Positions 61,865 to 64,000 of a DNA stretch of 64,000 nucleotides are shown here, piece by piece. The DNA is from an uncultured Armatimonadetes bacterium. Lineage in GTDB: Bacteria; Armatimonadota; UBA5829; DTJY01. The stretch is from contig OY970325.1 in NCBI GenBank assembly GCA_963717145.1, forward strand, positions 640,001 to 704,000, read 5' to 3'. The notes under the pieces were generated by a model, which was not told the DNA's origin, made no database searches, and worked only from the letters and a program-made list of their open reading frames with translations. The position numbers were made by a program, and so were the translations under genes. Positions within the stretch are counted from its first letter, which is position 1. Each line of letters begins with the position of its first letter.

Positions 61865-62917
61865 CATGAACTTCTCCCCCGTGACTTCCTCGTAGATCGC
61901 GAGGACGTTTACGAGCGGCGTGTCCGGCTGGATGCAGTGCGCGGGCGCGAAGAAGTACCCGCCGCCCTTGCCGATCACGTCGATCCGGTGGCGCGCCTCG
62001 GCCCGGCACTGCTCGACAGTCCCGTGCGGGAGCGTCTGCTGGGTGCTGATCATCCCGCAGTAGGTGAGCTTGTCGCCGTGGAGGCGCTTCAACTCCTCCG
62101 GGTCCATGCCCACCGGCTCCGGCTGAACTGCGTCGAGGATATCGAGACCCATCTCGATCAGGCGCGGCTGAAGGAGTCGAGACGACCCGCAGCAGTGCAT
62201 CATCGTTTTCGTTCCGAACTCGTGGCCGAGGTCGATGAACCGCTGGATTCGCGGGCGGAAGAACTCGTCGAAGGTCTCCGGGCTCATCGTGGGCCCCTTC
62301 TGCGAGCCCAGGTCTTCTCCCAGGCAGAGGATGTCGATCTTGCCCTGACCGGCCTCCAGTGACCGCCTGCACCATTCGTAGTAGAAGTCCACGCGCCGGT
62401 CGATGATCGCGATGCCGACCGGGTCCTCGGTGATGATGTCGATGAGCACCTGCTCCATCCCTCGACCGCGACCGACGCCGTTGATGATGTCCGGGATGCC
62501 GGCGCTCCCCAGGCAGACCGCATAGTCCTTCACCGCCTCGATCTGCTCGGGAATGACCGAGTAGTCGTAGTTATCCGCGTCCGGCCAGTCGTAGGACTCC
62601 ACATCCTCCATAGTATAGAGGCGCGCGAGAGTGAGATCCCAAGCCTCAGCATATGTACCTCCGGCGTTGTTCTGGACCATCTTGTACCCGACTCCGAAGT
62701 CGTCACAGAAGTCTGCGCCGTTCAGTGGCTTTGGAGGCGGCTTCAGGCTGGCGGGGCCGATATGGCGGAAATCTACCTGGAATGCGTCGGTGTAGCTTCT
62801 CTCGCCGAAATGGGCGCACAGTGCTTGATGGATCTCCGGCGTGACATAGATCGTGATCGGCGGTCGGTCCGGCTGGACGTGGTTCACCGCCATCAGGACT
62901 CGTTCCTTGGGTGTCAT
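61862..62917 (-). CDS. UroD/MtaA-family protein
   Basis: MTPKERV...PDRPP, EDLGSQ, HCCG and AHCIQPDTP motifs. Confidence 0.85.
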   Translation of the reverse strand: MTPKERVLMAVNHVQPDRPPITIYVTPEIHQALCAHFGERSYTDAFQVDFRHIGPASLKPPPKPLNGADFCDDFGVGYKMVQNNAGGTYAEAWDLTLARLYTMEDVESYDWPDADNYDYSVIPEQIEAVKDYAVCLGSAGIPDIINGVGRGRGMEQVLIDIITEDPVGIAIIDRRVDFYYEWCRRSLEAGQGKIDILCLGEDLGSQKGPTMSPETFDEFFRPRIQRFIDLGHEFGTKTMMHCCGSSRLLQPRLIEMGLDILDAVQPEPVGMDPEELKRLHGDKLTYCGMISTQQTLPHGTVEQCRAEARHRIDVIGKGGGYFFAPAHCIQPDTPLVNVLAIYEEVTGEKFM

Positions 62918-62924
62918 GTCAGTC

Positions 62925-62991
62925 TCCTGTAGGGGCGTGCCTAGTGCCGCCCGATTGGTCGCCGGGCGGCGCTAGGCACACCCCTACAGGA
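62925..62991. repeat. GTAGGGGCG-type REP doublet
   Basis: TCCTGTAGGGGCGTGCCTAG...CTAGGCACACCCCTACAGGA. Confidence 0.85.
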
Positions 62992-63025
62992 TTATACTGC
63001 ACGAGAGGACATACGTCCAATGCCC

Positions 63026-64000
63026 GTAACAGTTCACGCTTGGGGATAACGAGTTTGATCAGGCAGGGAAGAGGACAGACTTGCCTGCGAGCAGTTGCCT
63101 GCATGATTCGAGCATGTCCAGACCCCTGACGTGCCATGTGCCAAACAGACTCATGAGCGTCATCTTTGTCTCGGAACCCTTCGCGCTTCGTGTGCCTCCG
63201 CATACCTTGCGGGCGATCACACACGGCCTCAGCGCTCGTTCTGCGCCATTGTTGTCCGACGGTACTTCCGGGTACTCTACGAACATGAACAACTCGTGCA
63301 AGCGATCTATGAATCTCTTTGCCAGCGTCTGCTGTGGAGCATCTGAGCCGACATACGGACCTGAGAGCGCCTCTACCTCTTCCTCGAAGAGTACTCGCTT
63401 CCACTTGCGAACCTCCGCCTTCTTGCTCCGGAACTCCTTTGCCCGATCGTAAACACCCTTCACCGCATCCGCCCATGCGATGACGCCCGTGTCGTCCGCG
63501 TTCCTCTCCTTCAGTTTGTGCAGATCCCTGGCCAGATGTGCCCAGCATATCTGGCGGTCTGCAACTACCGGGTTGTATCCGGCATAGCAATCCGTTACCA
63601 CTACCCCTTCGTAGTCGCCGCCTATCGTTTCCTTCGGGATCTCTCCACTCCGACTCCGCCGGTAGATGAAGTATCGCACGTTCTTAGTGGAGAAGGTCCA
63701 GATGTATCCGTTCAGCCCATCCTCTCTCCAGCCCGTCTCGTCTGCGTTTATGTATGGGCTTCCACGTACAAGCGAGAGTAGCCGCTCTTTCTCTTTTTTG
63801 CCACAGTCTGCCACCGTGTGCAATATCTCGCTTATCTCTCCCACAGAGAGCTGAAGACCATACAGAGCCTTCAGCAATCCCTGTATCGTCCGCTTTGTCA
63901 TGCGACCTACCGTCGAAAGATACGATATCAGGCTCATCAGGTTCACGCCTACCCGATGCTTGCCTACAACCTGGCCGGAAAGGTCAACCTTCGGCACATG
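63026..64000 (-). mobile_element. IS66-family element (partial)
   Basis: GTAACAGTTCAC terminus at 63026; lower GC; transposase runs off the window end. Confidence 0.8.
63059..64000 (-). CDS. IS66-family transposase (partial)
   Basis: ADETGW, VTDCYAGY, QICWAHL.R and DNNGAERALR motifs. Confidence 0.9.
   Translation of the reverse strand, partial: HVPKVDLSGQVVGKHRVGVNLMSLISYLSTVGRMTKRTIQGLLKALYGLQLSVGEISEILHTVADCGKKEKERLLSLVRGSPYINADETGWREDGLNGYIWTFSTKNVRYFIYRRSRSGEIPKETIGGDYEGVVVTDCYAGYNPVVADRQICWAHLARDLHKLKERNADDTGVIAWADAVKGVYDRAKEFRSKKAEVRKWKRVLFEEEVEALSGPYVGSDAPQQTLAKRFIDRLHELFMFVEYPEVPSDNNGAERALRPCVIARKVCGGTRSAKGSETKMTLMSLFGTWHVRGLDMLESCRQLLAGKSVLFPA

Noticed and set aside
1-64000. tRNA, rRNA, riboswitch or prophage
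   Set aside because: None recognised by eye; a covariance-model search would be needed to exclude small RNAs.

Overview
A GC-rich bacterial window, probably Armatimonadota. That assignment is inferred from the C-terminal 'GLNNIGLLVKTWGRVT'-type module of a giant surface protein and from the overall gene content. Carbohydrate use dominates: GH130, GH51, GH116, sialidase-like, GH36-like/NPCBM and other GH-like proteins, two Tat sulfatases, sugar ABC and SSS transporters, and a fused transketolase. The window also holds four UroD/MtaA-family genes, pilin-like genes, two FKBPs, two toxin-antitoxin-like pairs, a complete DDE IS with a 5-bp target duplication, and a partial IS66. The most striking unexplained signal is a dense set of palindromic REP/MITE-like families. 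Two of them lie in frame inside glycoside hydrolase genes (GH51, GH116) and add new peptide segments, much like Rickettsia coding palindromic elements. Other notable items are a pair of paralogous orphan membrane-protein genes, one of them flanked by a duplicated gene 3' end, and a PIG-L/GT4/GH operon. About nine single-base frameshifts and one in-frame TAG (likely TGG>TAG) probably reflect assembly error. All protein calls come from motif recognition, not database searches.
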